A stretch of DNA of 64,000 nucleotides. It comes from Clostridiales bacterium (GTDB lineage Bacteria; Bacillota; Dehalobacteriia; UBA7702). The notes under the pieces were generated by a model. It was not told the DNA's origin. It made no database searches and saw only the letters and a list, made by a program, of their open reading frames with translations. The DNA lies in the NCBI GenBank assembly GCA_040766505.1, contig JAXGQJ010000009.1, positions 13,251 through 77,250 on the forward strand, read 5' to 3'. This document shows positions 31,404 through 44,705 of this stretch, in pieces; within the stretch, counting starts at the first letter, position 1, and each line of letters opens with the position of its first letter. The position numbers and the translations under genes are program-made.

Positions 31404-34400
31404 TTATACATCGTTTGCTTTTTCCCTTTTTAAAACTTCGTCAAAAACCTGAATTAAAAATTTTAGGGCCTTGCTGCCGGCCAGTCCTTCGCCGCGAATC
31501 TCCATCACCAAACAGCCTTCGATTTTGAAAACAAAGCGGCGGCCGAATTTTTTCACCAAATGGGCGAGGGAATCGCCCCTCACATCATTAGAACCTCTGA
31601 ATGTGACGATAAAATTGCCGTTTTGTTGCGAAATGGTGCCGATGGCAAGTTTTTCCGCCGCGATCTTCAGGCGGCTGATCAGGAACAGATTGTAGACGCT
31701 GTCGGGAATGGAGCCGAAGCGATCTTCCATCTCTTCCATCAGGGCCTTGATGTCCCGGGCCCGTTTCAGCTCGGCAATGCGTTTGTAGAGGCCGATCTTC
31801 ACATCGCTGTCCCGGATATAATCCTCCGGCAGGTAGGCGGAACAGGAAAGATCGATGGTCAGGGCGCTTTCCCGCTCTTCCACCCGCTCCCCTTTTAACT
31901 TGCGGACTTCCTCTTCGATCAACTGACAGTACATATCGAAGCCCACGGAGAGCATATGGCCATGCTGTTCCGGGCCGAGGATATTGCCGGCGCCGCGGAT
32001 CTCCATATCCCGCATGGCGATCTTAAAACCGGCCCCCAATTCCGTATAGTCGCGAATCGCCGCCAGCCGCTTTCTGGTGGCAAGGGACAAAATCTTTTCC
32101 TTGCCGTAGAGGAAATAGGCATAGGCCTGCTTTTTGCTGCGGCCTACGCGGCCTCGCAACTGGTAGAGCTGGGCAAGGCCGAGGCAATCGGCATCGTGCA
32201 CGATCAGCGTATTGACATTGGGAAAGTCCAGACCCGATTCGACGATGGTGGTGCAGACGAGAATATCGCCGCGGCCCGCCATAAAATCCAGCATCACCTC
32301 TTCCAGCCGGGCTTCCGGCATCTGGCCGTGGCCGACGAGAACCCGGGCCCGGGGGGCCAGCTCCCGCACCCGATCCGCCACCCTTTCGATATTTTCCACC
32401 CGGTTGTGCACAAAGTAAATCTGCCCGTCCCGATCCAATTCCCGGCGAAGGGCCTCCCGCACCACCCGCTCCTGGTAGCCCAAAACATAGGTTTGGATCG
32501 GTTGGCGAAAGGCCGGGGGCGTTTCAATGATGCTGATGTCCCGTACCCCCAGCAGCGAAAGGTGCAGGGTGCGGGGAATCGGCGTCGCCGACATGGCGAG
32601 CACGTCGACATTGCCTTTCAACTGCTTGATCTTCTCCTTATGGGCGACGCCAAAGCGCTGTTCCTCGTCGACGATGAGCAAACCCAGATCCTTGTATCGC
32701 ACCCGCCCGCTCAAAAGCATATGGGTGCCGATGACGATGTCCACCTGGCCCGACAGAAGCCGGTCGATGGTTTCTTTGCATTCTCCGCGGGATTTAAAAC
32801 GGCTTAACACGCCGACGCGAACGCCAAACCTTTCCAGCCGTTCCCGAAAGGTTCCCTCATGCTGCTGGGCGAGAACCGTCGTGGGAACCAGCATCGCCAC
32901 CTGCTTGCCGTCGGCCACCGCCTTGAACGCGGCCCTGAGGGCCACCTCGGTTTTGCCATAGCCCACATCGCCGCAGAGCAGCCGATCCATCGGTTTCCCC
33001 CGTTCCATATCGGCTTTTACGTCGGCGATGGCTTCGATCTGATCCGGCGTTTCCTCATAGGGGAAATCCGCCTCCATTTCCCGTTGCCAATGGCCGTCGG
33101 GAGCGAAACCATACCCCGTTAAAGCGGCGCGCCGGGCATAGAGCTTGATAAGTTCCCCCGCCATCTCCTTGACGGAACCTCTGACCCGCTCCTTCGTGCG
33201 GTACCAGTCTTTGCCGCCCAGTTTGTTGACCTTGGGGGACATGCCGTCGCTGCCGATATACTTTTGCAGCAGATCCAACTGGTCCGTAGGGATATAGAGC
33301 TTGTCGGCGCCGGCATAGCGGATATGCAAATAGTCCTTTTGCACATCGCCGACGGTGAGGCGCTCGATGCCCATATATTGCCCGATGCCGTGGTTTTGGT
33401 GCACCACATAATCGCCTTCCCGCAATTCGACGAAGGTGGAAATGCGGCGGCCCCTGTCAACCTTCCCCCGGCTTTCCTTCTGGGCGCTATAGCCGAAGAA
33501 ATCCCGTTCCCCGAGGACATAGAGGCCCGCATCGGGGAAAAACAGGCTCTTTTCCAAATGGAAGGGCCGAATTTCATAGGAGGAAAGGCCCCATTCCCCG
33601 GCGAGGCCCCGGAATTTCGCCTCGGTGGTTTCGCTGCCGGCGGCAAAGACGACCCGGCCTTCCCCGGCGATCCGGGCCATCTCCTCCTGGCGTTCTTCCT
33701 GGCCTTTCCCGAAAGAAAAGCTGCGGGCCGCCAAATCGGCGCCGACGGCGAAGCCGGAAGGCAGAAAGGAAAAAGCCAGCGGCCGCTTGGCCACGGAAGC
33801 GTCCCAAGCCTCCTGCGCGCCGCGAAAATTGACGCCGAATGAGGGCAAAACCTCACCCTGGGCCAGCAGATCCTGATAAAAATCGTGGAAAGAACGCTCC
33901 CCTTCCGCAAGATTGCGGCGGATATCCGCCGCTTCGTCGAGGATGAGCAAGCCGTCCGCCGGCAGATATTCCTCTAAAAAGCCGGGGGCGCCGAAAAAGT
34001 GGGGCAAAAACTGGTCGAGATTGTCGAGCCAAATGTCTGCCCGCAGCGCCTCGATCAATTGCAGAAACTTCTGCCGGCAATTCCTCTTTGTCTCGCCTTT
34101 ATACCGGGAAAGGGCCGCCGCCAATTCGGCTTCGATCCGCTCCAGCCCCTCCCCCACGCCGGTGGCGGGCAGCAGGAAATCCTTGGCGGGGCCGATGCGC
34201 GCCCCATCGACGTCGGCGACGGAAAGCTGGCTTTCCGGCCGGAAGCGGCGAATCGCTTCCAATTCGTCGTCAAAAAAGTCGAGGCGCAGCGGATAGGGGG
34301 AAGCGGGCGGAAAGACATCGACGATGCCGCCGCGCAAGCTGAAATTGCCCGGATCCTCGGTGAGGGGCGCACGTTCATAACCGAGCCGAACCAAGGTCTG

Positions 34401-34859
34401 CTGCAACGCCTCCAGATCCACCCGCCGGCCCACCTCTAGAGAGATGTGATTGTCCCGCCAGGCGGCGGCGGGCAAAATCCCTTGGGACAGGCTTTCCGCC
34501 GCCGCCACGGCAAAAAAAGGCCCCGGTTCCGTGAGGCCCTCCAATACGCGTATGCGCTCCCGGGACATTTCCCGGCCTTTCGCCGCCATCTCATAGGGAA
34601 GCAGCTCTTTATTCGGATAATAGCCCAGCGTTTGCCGGGGCAAAAAACCGGCGGCGGTTTTTAAGAGGGTTTTCGCCCGTTCTTCCCCGGTGGTGACGAA
34701 GAGAATTTTCGCCCCCTCCTCCCGCACCAAAGCGGCGGCCAAAAGCAACCGCGCCTCGTCGGGAAGGCCCAGCCATTCCCGGCTTTTGCCGCCGCGCCAG
34801 TCCGCCACCAGAGCGCCGTAACCCGGCAAGCATTGCCGAAGAAAATCATAAACAGCCAA
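31404..34859 (-). CDS. mfd: transcription-repair coupling factor
   Basis: 1151 aa, intact. GDVGYGKTEVA Walker A, DEEQRFG, and a CarD-like segment (REGDYVVHQNHGIGQY). Confidence 0.93.
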   Translation of the reverse strand: MAVYDFLRQCLPGYGALVADWRGGKSREWLGLPDEARLLLAAALVREEGAKILFVTTGEERAKTLLKTAAGFLPRQTLGYYPNKELLPYEMAAKGREMSRERIRVLEGLTEPGPFFAVAAAESLSQGILPAAAWRDNHISLEVGRRVDLEALQQTLVRLGYERAPLTEDPGNFSLRGGIVDVFPPASPYPLRLDFFDDELEAIRRFRPESQLSVADVDGARIGPAKDFLLPATGVGEGLERIEAELAAALSRYKGETKRNCRQKFLQLIEALRADIWLDNLDQFLPHFFGAPGFLEEYLPADGLLILDEAADIRRNLAEGERSFHDFYQDLLAQGEVLPSFGVNFRGAQEAWDASVAKRPLAFSFLPSGFAVGADLAARSFSFGKGQEERQEEMARIAGEGRVVFAAGSETTEAKFRGLAGEWGLSSYEIRPFHLEKSLFFPDAGLYVLGERDFFGYSAQKESRGKVDRGRRISTFVELREGDYVVHQNHGIGQYMGIERLTVGDVQKDYLHIRYAGADKLYIPTDQLDLLQKYIGSDGMSPKVNKLGGKDWYRTKERVRGSVKEMAGELIKLYARRAALTGYGFAPDGHWQREMEADFPYEETPDQIEAIADVKADMERGKPMDRLLCGDVGYGKTEVALRAAFKAVADGKQVAMLVPTTVLAQQHEGTFRERLERFGVRVGVLSRFKSRGECKETIDRLLSGQVDIVIGTHMLLSGRVRYKDLGLLIVDEEQRFGVAHKEKIKQLKGNVDVLAMSATPIPRTLHLSLLGVRDISIIETPPAFRQPIQTYVLGYQERVVREALRRELDRDGQIYFVHNRVENIERVADRVRELAPRARVLVGHGQMPEARLEEVMLDFMAGRGDILVCTTIVESGLDFPNVNTLIVHDADCLGLAQLYQLRGRVGRSKKQAYAYFLYGKEKILSLATRKRLAAIRDYTELGAGFKIAMRDMEIRGAGNILGPEQHGHMLSVGFDMYCQLIEEEVRKLKGERVEERESALTIDLSCSAYLPEDYIRDSDVKIGLYKRIAELKRARDIKALMEEMEDRFGSIPDSVYNLFLISRLKIAAEKLAIGTISQQNGNFIVTFRGSNDVRGDSLAHLVKKFGRRFVFKIEGCLVMEIRGEGLAGSKALKFLIQVFDEVLKREKANDV

Positions 34860-34922
34860 TATGATATTGTCCTCCAGGGGATTCTCCCTTATATTCTACG
34901 CCGCTTTCCATTTTCCATGCTT

Positions 34923-35531
34923 TCAGCCTTCCGGCCTTTCCGCCTGCGCGTTCTCCGTTTCCTCTTTCGCCTCTCGCCGGTTAAAGCGGTTCATCGCCGC
35001 CTCAATGCCGTCGGAAGCCCAAAAAAGGGCCGCCTGGGCGGCGATTTCCAATACCGGCGCCAGCTCTTCCCATTCCCCGTTTTCAAAGTGGCCAAGCACA
35101 TAGTCGATCACCCCCGCTTGCCGCGGATGGTTGATGCCCAGTTTAAGGCGGGGGAAATTCTCACCGCCCAAAGCGGCGATCAGGGATTTCAAACCGTTAT
35201 GGCCGCCGCTGGCGCCTTTGGAGCGCAGCCGCAAACGGCCCTGGGGCAGGTCAAGATCATCGGCTATCACGAGGATGTCGCCGTTTTCGATCTTATAATA
35301 GGCGGCGATTTCCCGCACCGCCTCGCCGCTGCGGTTCATATAGGTTTGGGGTTTGAAGAGAAAGAGCTTTTCCCCGCTATAAAACGTTTCCGCCACCAGG
35401 CCGCAAAAGCCCCTTTTGGCGATTTCGACGCCGAGGGCGTCGGCCACCAGGTCGGCGACGATAAAACCGAGATTGTGCCTCGTCGTTTCATATTTTGGCC
35501 CCGGATTGCCGAGGCCTACGATCAGTTTCAC
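34923..35531 (-). CDS. pth: peptidyl-tRNA hydrolase
   Basis: (V)KLIVGLGNPGPKYETTRHNLGF. GTG start after an AGGTGG RBS. Confidence 0.9.
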   Translation of the reverse strand: MKLIVGLGNPGPKYETTRHNLGFIVADLVADALGVEIAKRGFCGLVAETFYSGEKLFLFKPQTYMNRSGEAVREIAAYYKIENGDILVIADDLDLPQGRLRLRSKGASGGHNGLKSLIAALGGENFPRLKLGINHPRQAGVIDYVLGHFENGEWEELAPVLEIAAQAALFWASDGIEAAMNRFNRREAKEETENAQAERPEG

Positions 35532-35632
35532 TGCGATCCCACCTTCTGGATAAGCGACGCTTATCTAAAAACATTTTATCATAATCAAAAGGAAAAGAAC
35601 ATAGGATGAAAACAAGAAAGTGAGGTGCCGAC

Positions 35633-36406
35633 ATGGAAATTGCCAGCAAAGATTTGATTGGGCTTCCCGTTTTCAGCCTGGAAGAAGGCGAAAAACTGGG
35701 ACAAGTACGGGACTTGGTCATCGACCCGGATAAGAGGGCCATCGTCGCCATTGTCATCGGCATAAAAAAGATATTTCAGGAAGAAAAAATCGTCCCCTTT
35801 CAAAGGGTGCGGCATATCGGCCCCGAGGCCCTGCTATTGGCCAGCGCCGCGCATCTGGAAAAGAAGGCCAATTTCCCCCATCTGCTGAAGCTGATCAACC
35901 GACCCATTCACATCACCGGCAACCGCGTGATGAATGAGGATGGGCTGGCCTTGGGGAAGGTGCGGGAATTTTATGCCGACGCCAATACCGGCATTCTCAC
36001 CAATCTGGAATTGGGGGATCGGTTTTTAAGCCATCTGTTGAAGGGGAGATCCTTCCTTGCCGCCGATCGGATCGTCGTTTTCGGCAGCGATGTCATCATC
36101 CTGCGAGACGGCAAGGAACCGCGGCGGGAAACGAAGGACTATAGCGAAGCGGTGAAAGCCGGAATGAACAAGGCCTTCTCCACCATCAAAACGAAATCGA
36201 AGGACATTCGCGTCAATTTCGCCAAAAAGGATCAAAACACGGAAGGCCCGGTGGTGTTTCCTTCCCTCCGCCCCGAAGGGGAAGGCGACGGAAAGGAAGC
36301 GCCGCAGACCTTGGAAATAAAAACCGTTCCAGCCGCGGAGGTGGATATCCCCACGGCCAGAACGGAAATCGTCTATCAAAAGGAACAGAACCCGTCAGTC
36401 GAATAG
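35633..36406 (+). CDS. PRC-barrel domain protein (two PRC-like repeats) with a charged tail
   Basis: DLIGLPVFSLEEGEKLGQVRDLVIDPDKRAIVAIVI and a second ITGNRVMNEDGLALGKVREFYAD repeat. Function unknown. Confidence 0.6.
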   Translation: MEIASKDLIGLPVFSLEEGEKLGQVRDLVIDPDKRAIVAIVIGIKKIFQEEKIVPFQRVRHIGPEALLLASAAHLEKKANFPHLLKLINRPIHITGNRVMNEDGLALGKVREFYADANTGILTNLELGDRFLSHLLKGRSFLAADRIVVFGSDVIILRDGKEPRRETKDYSEAVKAGMNKAFSTIKTKSKDIRVNFAKKDQNTEGPVVFPSLRPEGEGDGKEAPQTLEIKTVPAAEVDIPTARTEIVYQKEQNPSVE

Positions 36407-37345
36407 GCGGCTGATCGACAGATTTTCATTGATGGAACGGATGGAATCCCCCAGCAAGGAGGCAACGGACAGGATCTTGATCTTTTCACATTCCAGCACA
36501 TCTTGCCGTTCCTGCGGAATCGTATCGGTGACCACCACCTGTTTGATACAGGAATTTTTCAGCCGCTCCACGGCGGGGCCGCTAAAGAGGGCGTGGGTGC
36601 AACAGACATGGACTTCCTTCGCACCTTTCTCCAGCAGGGCTTCGGCCCCCAGCGTGATGGTGCCGCCGGAATCGATGATATCGTCGGCCATGATGACGAT
36701 GCGGTTTTTCACCCTGCCGATGACGTTCATGATCTCCGCTTCGCCGGGTTCCGGCCGCCGCTTGTCGACGATGGCGATGCCGCAATGGAGCCGATCCGCC
36801 AAGGCCCTGGCCCTGGACACACCGCCGATGTCGGGAGAAACGACGACGATTTCATTGTCATACTGAATTTCTTTATAATATTTGGCGAGGATCGGCCCCG
36901 CCGAAAGATGATCGACGGGAATATCGAAAAATCCCTGGATCGCGGCGGCATGCAAGTCCATCGTCACCACCCGGTCGGCGCCGGCGGCGGTGATCAGATT
37001 TGCCACCAGTTTGGCGGAAATGGGATCCCTGGCCTTCGATTTTCTCTCTTGGCGGGCATAGCCATAATAGGGCAAAACCGCATTGATCCGCTTTGCCGAA
37101 GCCCGGCGCAGCGCATCGATCATGATCAACAACTCCATCAGATTGTCGTTCACCGGCGGGCAGGTGGGCTGGATGACGAAAACATCGCAACCGCGCACGC
37201 TCTCCTCGATCAGCACATTGGTTTCCCCGTCTTTAAATTTCTTCGCCATGGAAACGCCCAGGTCCAGATCGAGGCGTTTCGCCACGGATTTGGCCAAACC
37301 TTCGTGGGAACTGCCGGCAAATACTTTCAAGGTCATATCACGCAT
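36395..37345 (-). CDS. prs: ribose-phosphate pyrophosphokinase
   Basis: MRDMTLKVFAGSSHEGLA..., PRPP-binding VSPDIGGV and ADDIIDSGGT. GGGGGA RBS before the ATG at 37345. Confidence 0.9.
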   Translation of the reverse strand: MRDMTLKVFAGSSHEGLAKSVAKRLDLDLGVSMAKKFKDGETNVLIEESVRGCDVFVIQPTCPPVNDNLMELLIMIDALRRASAKRINAVLPYYGYARQERKSKARDPISAKLVANLITAAGADRVVTMDLHAAAIQGFFDIPVDHLSAGPILAKYYKEIQYDNEIVVVSPDIGGVSRARALADRLHCGIAIVDKRRPEPGEAEIMNVIGRVKNRIVIMADDIIDSGGTITLGAEALLEKGAKEVHVCCTHALFSGPAVERLKNSCIKQVVVTDTIPQERQDVLECEKIKILSVASLLGDSIRSINENLSISRLFD

Positions 37346-37592
37346 CACAAATCCCCCATCGTCTGACATTGTTGCCCAACCGAACCTTGCCGAATTTCGG
37401 CGGCTTTTCTTCGGTCGCTCCGTCGCCGCCTTCCGGCGGGCCGTTTCGGACAGCTTTGGCCCTGGCCTTGCGCCGAAGCATCGCCGTTTTTTGCCAATCT
37501 GGCGCCGGCGGAACAATAAAAAGTCCTTTTTACTCTATATATTTGCCTTTTTTATTCTTTATCCTCTTAAAATTTTTTGTTTGAAAGCGAAT

Positions 37593-39476
<1,884 letters not shown>

Positions 39477-39547
39477 TCATATAGAGGATTCTACGCAAAA
39501 GCATGACTTCCTGCCAGCGACGGAGAAAAATATGAAAAAATTGCGTT

Positions 39548-40281
39548 TTACTTTTTGCGCTTTGTGGGCTTAATTTTTCGGTTTGGAGGGACAATGCGGT
39601 CAGGCAAAATCCGGAAGGTTTTCAACGCATTCATCATGCTTTGTTCGGCATTTTCAATATGCGTTTTCGCCAAAGACGAACCCAAGGTCGGCATCGCGCT
39701 CATAGATCGCTTCCACCAACCGCTTATGCTCCGCCACCGCGACCTGGAGCCGGCCGGGAAGAGGGAAGCGGTGCGCAACCGTTGGATCGGTTCCTGCAGG
39801 TGGCTTAAAATTTGCATCAGCCGCTCATTGCGGCTGGCTTTATAGATGATGGCGTGGAGGGCCGTATCGGTTTCCACCCATTTGACCGGATCTTCGGTGC
39901 GGGTGGAATCCGTCATCAGATAGAGCTGCCTTTCCAGATCGTCCAGTTCCCCGTCGGTGATCCGTTCCGCCGCAGACTGCAGGCCAAGGATTCCAAAAGA
40001 GGCGCGGATCTCAAAAACGTCGGCGATGTCCTTTAAGGTCACCCCGGCGACATAGGCCCCTTTCAGGGCACCATGATGACGAAGCCTTCTGTTCTAAAAA
40101 ACGGATGGCTTCCCGCACCAGCGTGCGGCTGACCCCAGTTCATCGGCGACCTGCACTTCCATCAGCAGCCGATCTCCGGGTTTAAAATGGCCGCTCAGGA
40201 TCGGCCTCCGCAGGGCCCAAATACCACCTGGCGGAGCGGTTGATACGGTTCCAGCTTCACCGGCAACAATTTCTCTTTCAC
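39548..40281 (-). pseudogene. GntR/FadR family transcriptional regulator, several frameshifts
   Basis: (V)KEKLLPVKLEPYQPLRQVV..., then ILSGHFKPGDRLLMEVQVADELG, then VSRTLVREAIRFLEQKG (wHTH), then the FCD domain in ORF 39548..40042. The 3-prime end is uncertain. Confidence 0.65.
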
Positions 40282-41128
40282 GGTACACCCCCTTTTCCGC
40301 CGTTTTTACCGTCCAGGCCCGGCCCCAGGCCGGCGGCAGCGAAGCGCCATAGGCCCTCGCCTGCTCCGCATCGTCAACAATGGCATAGACGCTGGGGCCG
40401 CTGCCGCTTAAAAGGGGCCGATAGCCGCCGGCCCGGAACCAAGCATAGATATTTTCCAGTTCCGGGTAGGTCTTTAGCGCCACGCCGGTAAAATCATTGC
40501 GCAAGTCCCGGCGAAGCCATGCCCAATCGCCGCGCCGGACCGCGGCCACCTGCGCCATTTTCGCCGTTTGCGGCGGCGGCGCTTCATCATAAGCCGCGAA
40601 CAGCGCTTTCGTGGCAATGGGAAAGCCGGGATTCACCAAAAGCAGCCACATGGGGGGCGGCGGCGACAGGGCCGAAACCTTTTCCCCGCTACCTTCCACC
40701 AAGGCGGTGCCGCCCCGCAAACAGAAGGGCATATCGGAACCGATGCGGCGGGCCAGATCCGGCCGATCCATCAAACCCGGCACATAGCGATCCGCCACCG
40801 CTTGAAAGATGGCGGCGCCATTGCCGGTGCCGCCGGCGAGGCCCGCCGCCACCGGCAGCCGCTTGTCACTGGAAACGGCGATTTCTCCCGGCAGGGAAAA
40901 GGTCTCTTTCAGCAGCCGCCAGGTTTTCGTGACGATATTGCCCGCCACCGGGCCCGCGTCGCCCCCCACAACCCGAAGGGAGAATTCCGTTTGGCCGAAA
41001 GCGATGGCGACCCGGTCAAAAAAGGCGACGGACTGCATCACGCTGGTGAGGTCGTGATCGCCATCCCGCCCCTTCGCGCCGATGCGCAAAAAGAAGTTGA
41101 CCTTCGCCGCCGTATAAAACACCTCCAT
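40278..41128 (-). pseudogene. ispE: 4-diphosphocytidyl-2-C-methyl-D-erythritol kinase (stop codon lost as printed)
   Basis: [16 protein letters not shown]..., GHMP motif PVAAGLAGGTGNGAA. The ORF runs through into gntR. One extra G in the run at 40288-40292 would restore ...EKGGVP-stop, overlapping the gntR GTG. Confidence 0.8.
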
Positions 41129-42303
41129 CAGAACGAAACCGGGCCGAGATGGGCTTTCAGCCGCATGGCCGCCTCCCGGATCCGCTCTTCCGGGATGGTG
41201 AGGGAAATCCTGAAATACCCTTCGCCATTGGGGCCGTAACCGCTGCCGGGGGTGATGACGATCCCGGTCTTTTCCAGCACATATTCGGTGAAGGAAGCGG
41301 AGGTGAAGCCCTTGGGTACCGGTGCCCAGATATAGAATGTGGCCTTTGGCGGCGTGAGGTTCCAACCCAAGCCATTGAAGGTTTCCACCATCAAATCCCG
41401 CCGGGCCCGGTACATGCGGCGCAATGCGGCGAGGCTGCTCTGGTCGCTGTCGAGGCCCGCCAGCGCGGCATATTGCAGCGGCTGAAAAGCGCCGGAATCC
41501 ACATTGCTTTTATAACGGCCCAAAGTTTCAATCACTTCCCGGTTGCCGACGGCGAACCCCACCCGCCAGCCGGTCATATTGAAGGGTTTTGACAGGGAGC
41601 TGAATTCGATGCCGACGTCTTTCGCCCCTTCCGCCTCCAAAAAGCTGGGGGGCACATAACCGTCATAAGAAATTTCCGAATAGGCATTGTCGTGGCAGAC
41701 GAGCAGGTCATGCCGCTTCGCAAAGGCCACCACCCGGTTGAAGAAGGCGAGATCGGCGCAGGCGCCGGTGGGATTGTTGGGATAGTTGATCCAGAGGATT
41801 TTCGCCCGGTCGGCAATGTCCCGGGGGATCGCCTCCAGATCCGGCAGAAAGCCGTTTTCCTCTTTCAATGGCAGATAATAGGGGCTGCCGCCGGCCAAAA
41901 GGGTGCCGATGCCATAAACGGGATAGCCCGGATCCGGCACAAGATTGATGTCGCCGGGGTCCACATAACAGTAATTGATATTGGCGATCCCCTCTTTGGA
42001 ACCGATCAGGTTCACCACTTCCTTCTTGGGGTCCAGCTCGACGCCAAAGCGCCGCCGGTACCAGCGGGCCACCGCTTCTTTGAAGGCAGGCATACCAATG
42101 GAAGAGGGGTATTGATGGTTGGCGGGGTTCCACAGCTCTTGGGCGGCTTTTTCGATGATGAAATCCGGCGTCGGTTGATCCGGATCGCCAATGCCGAAGC
42201 TGATCAGATCGATGCCCTGTTCCCGGCATTCCCGGGTCTTTTTTTCAATCCCCGCGAAAAGATAGGGGGGCAAGCCCTGGATGCGCTGGGCTTCTTTTTT
42301 CAT
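41128..42303 (-). CDS. dapL: LL-diaminopimelate aminotransferase
   Basis: PLP motifs NNPTG and [12 protein letters not shown]. Directly upstream of dapF. ATGA overlap with the ispE start. Confidence 0.85.
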   Translation of the reverse strand: MKKEAQRIQGLPPYLFAGIEKKTRECREQGIDLISFGIGDPDQPTPDFIIEKAAQELWNPANHQYPSSIGMPAFKEAVARWYRRRFGVELDPKKEVVNLIGSKEGIANINYCYVDPGDINLVPDPGYPVYGIGTLLAGGSPYYLPLKEENGFLPDLEAIPRDIADRAKILWINYPNNPTGACADLAFFNRVVAFAKRHDLLVCHDNAYSEISYDGYVPPSFLEAEGAKDVGIEFSSLSKPFNMTGWRVGFAVGNREVIETLGRYKSNVDSGAFQPLQYAALAGLDSDQSSLAALRRMYRARRDLMVETFNGLGWNLTPPKATFYIWAPVPKGFTSASFTEYVLEKTGIVITPGSGYGPNGEGYFRISLTIPEERIREAAMRLKAHLGPVSF

Positions 42304-42320
42304 ACACAAAATTCCACCTT

Positions 42321-43148
42321 TCAGTCTTCAAGATTATATTCACCCCAGGCGATTTTCCGCGCCGGGCCGGTCATCCAGAGGTGGCCGTCGTCCGCCTGGG
42401 TATATTCGAGATCGCCGCCGAGGAGATGCACCGTAACCTTATTTTCCAGCACTCCCAGGCGGATGCCGGCGGCCACCGCCGCGGCGCCGCCGGTGCCGCA
42501 GGCCAAGGTTTCGCCGCAGCCCCGTTCATAGACCCGCATTTCCACCGCGTCGGGGCCGATGCGCCGCACGAATTCCACATTCGTATGCGCCGGGAAAAGG
42601 GGGTGGGCTTCCAAAACCGGGCCCAAAGTCCCGATGAGGGCGGCGGGTTCGTCAACAAAAAGCACGCAATGGGGATTTCCCATCGAGACGGCGCTGAAAA
42701 TCCAATCCCTGCCGCCGACGGTTACGGTATGCCGCAGCGCTTCGTTGCCGTCGACGGCCACGGGATTTTCCGCGGCCGAAATTCCGGAACCCCCATGTCG
42801 ACCCGAACTTTAACGGCCTTTTCACCGTCGAATACCAACTGTGGGCGGATGATGCCGGCGCCGGTTTCCACCGCAAAGGGTTCATTGCCGACGATACTTC
42901 CTTTTCATATGCGTATAAAGCGAAGCAGCGGATGCCATTGCCGCACATTGCGCCTGCTGCCGTCGCTGTTGAGGATCACCATGCAGGTCCGCCCGCTCGG
43001 AAGGTAAGAGCAGCAATACCCCGTCGGCGCCGATGCCGAAATGCCGGTGGCAGATCCGCCGGGCGAGGGCCGGTAAATCTTGCATGCCGTTTCCGGCGTC
43101 GATCAGGATAAAATCATTGCCCGCCCCTTCCATCTTGGTAAATTCCAT
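42321..43148 (-). pseudogene. dapF: diaminopimelate epimerase, 2-3 frameshifts
   Basis: MEFTKMEGAGNDFILID (ORF 42882..43148), MCGNGIRCFA (42652..42948) and a C-terminal half with ERGCGETLACGTG (42321..42761). Confidence 0.82.
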
Positions 43149-43176
43149 CGGCTTACCCTCCTTCAGCGGCGCTTCT

Positions 43177-44499
43177 TTAAAACTTCGTCAGATACTGGTC
43201 TACCTCCGCGGGGTGACCGCCGAGCGATAGCTGGCCCACTCTTTCCGCTTCGCCTCGGTAAAACAGTTAAAGACATGGGTACCCAAAGCCCGGAAATGAC
43301 GACATTGTTCTTCAATTCCTTGATGGTGTCCCGGAGGCTTTCCGGCAAAGCTCGATTCCTTGCCCAGCCTTTCGGCGGGCTGAGGCATAGAGATTGTAAT
43401 TGCAGGCCGGCGGCGGCGCAATCCGGTTTTTGATGCCGTCGAGGCCGGCGGTGAGCATCACCGCTTCCGCCAGATAGGGTTGCAGCAGGATCGGGCTGCG
43501 CATCTCCACCCGGGTGGAATTGCCCCTTCTGGTGGGAATCCGCACCAAGGGGCTGCGGTTCTTCCCGGACCAGGCGATATAAACCGGCGCTTCATAACCG
43601 GAGATCAGCCGCTTATAGGAATTGACGGTGGGGTTGGTGATCGCCGTGATCGCTTTCGCGTGTTTCAGAAGGCCGCCGATATAAAAATAGGCGATCTCCG
43701 ACAGGCCGTCTTTGCCTTCGGGGTCATAGAAAACGTTTTCCCCATTCCGGCTGAGGCTTTGGTTCATATGCATACCGGAACCGGCGATGCCGGCAATGGG
43801 CTTAGGCATAAAGGAGGCGTGGAGCCCGTGCTGCTGGGCCACCATCCGCACAATCAGTTTGAAGGTTTGAATTTTATCGGCGGCCTGGAGGGCCCCGTCA
43901 TACTTGAAGTCGATCTCGTGCTGGCCCGGCGCGCATTCGTGGTGGGAGGCCTCGATCTCATAGCCCATCTCTTCCAAAGCGATGATCATATCGCGGCGGG
44001 CATTTTCCCCAGATCCACCGGGGAAAGGTCAAAATACGCGGCATTGTCGTGGGTGAGCAGCGTGGGCGCGCCACCGGCGTCGGTATGAAACAAAAAGAAT
44101 TCCGCTTCGGGGCCGACATGCATTTCCAGCCCCATTTCCGCCGCCGCGGCGATGGCCCGCTTCAACACATAGCGGGGGTCCCCTTCAAAGGGCCGGTCAT
44201 TGTGATCGTATACATCGCAGATTAGCCGCGCGATGCCCTCTTTCTGGTGTTCCCAGGGGAAATCTGCCATGTATTGTAATCCGGCTTTAGATACATATCC
44301 GATCTTCGATGCGCACAAAACCTTCCACCGAGGAACCGTCGAACATCATCTCGCCGTTGAGAGCTTTTCCACCAGCTGACGGGTAATGCCACATTTTTAA
44401 AATCCCGGAAGGCAATACATCGCTAAACTGCAAGCGGATAAAACGCACCTGGTGTTCCCGGGCGCTTGCCAAAATGTCTTCCCTGCCATATTGGCCCAT
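43177..44499 (-). pseudogene. glnA: type I glutamine synthetase, at least 3 frameshifts
   Basis: Pieces lie in ORFs 44287..44499, 43986..44318 and 43312..43989 ([41 protein letters not shown]). The tail ...EVDQYLTKF-stop ends at 43177. Confidence 0.85.
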
Positions 44500-44705
44500 T
44501 CGATGATCACCACCATTTCATTTCTTATAGAATATTGCCTTATATGATTTATAAGGTTAAATGATTTTGCCCCAAAAGTCAATCGAGCTTGCAGATAAAG
44601 TCTGCAAGCCCGACGCGCCCACGGCGCAAAAAAGTTTAATGCTTGAAAGCGGGGCCGGGGCAGCCATCGCCGTCCCATGCTTGATCCGAGGGTTGCCCGG
44701 GCTTT

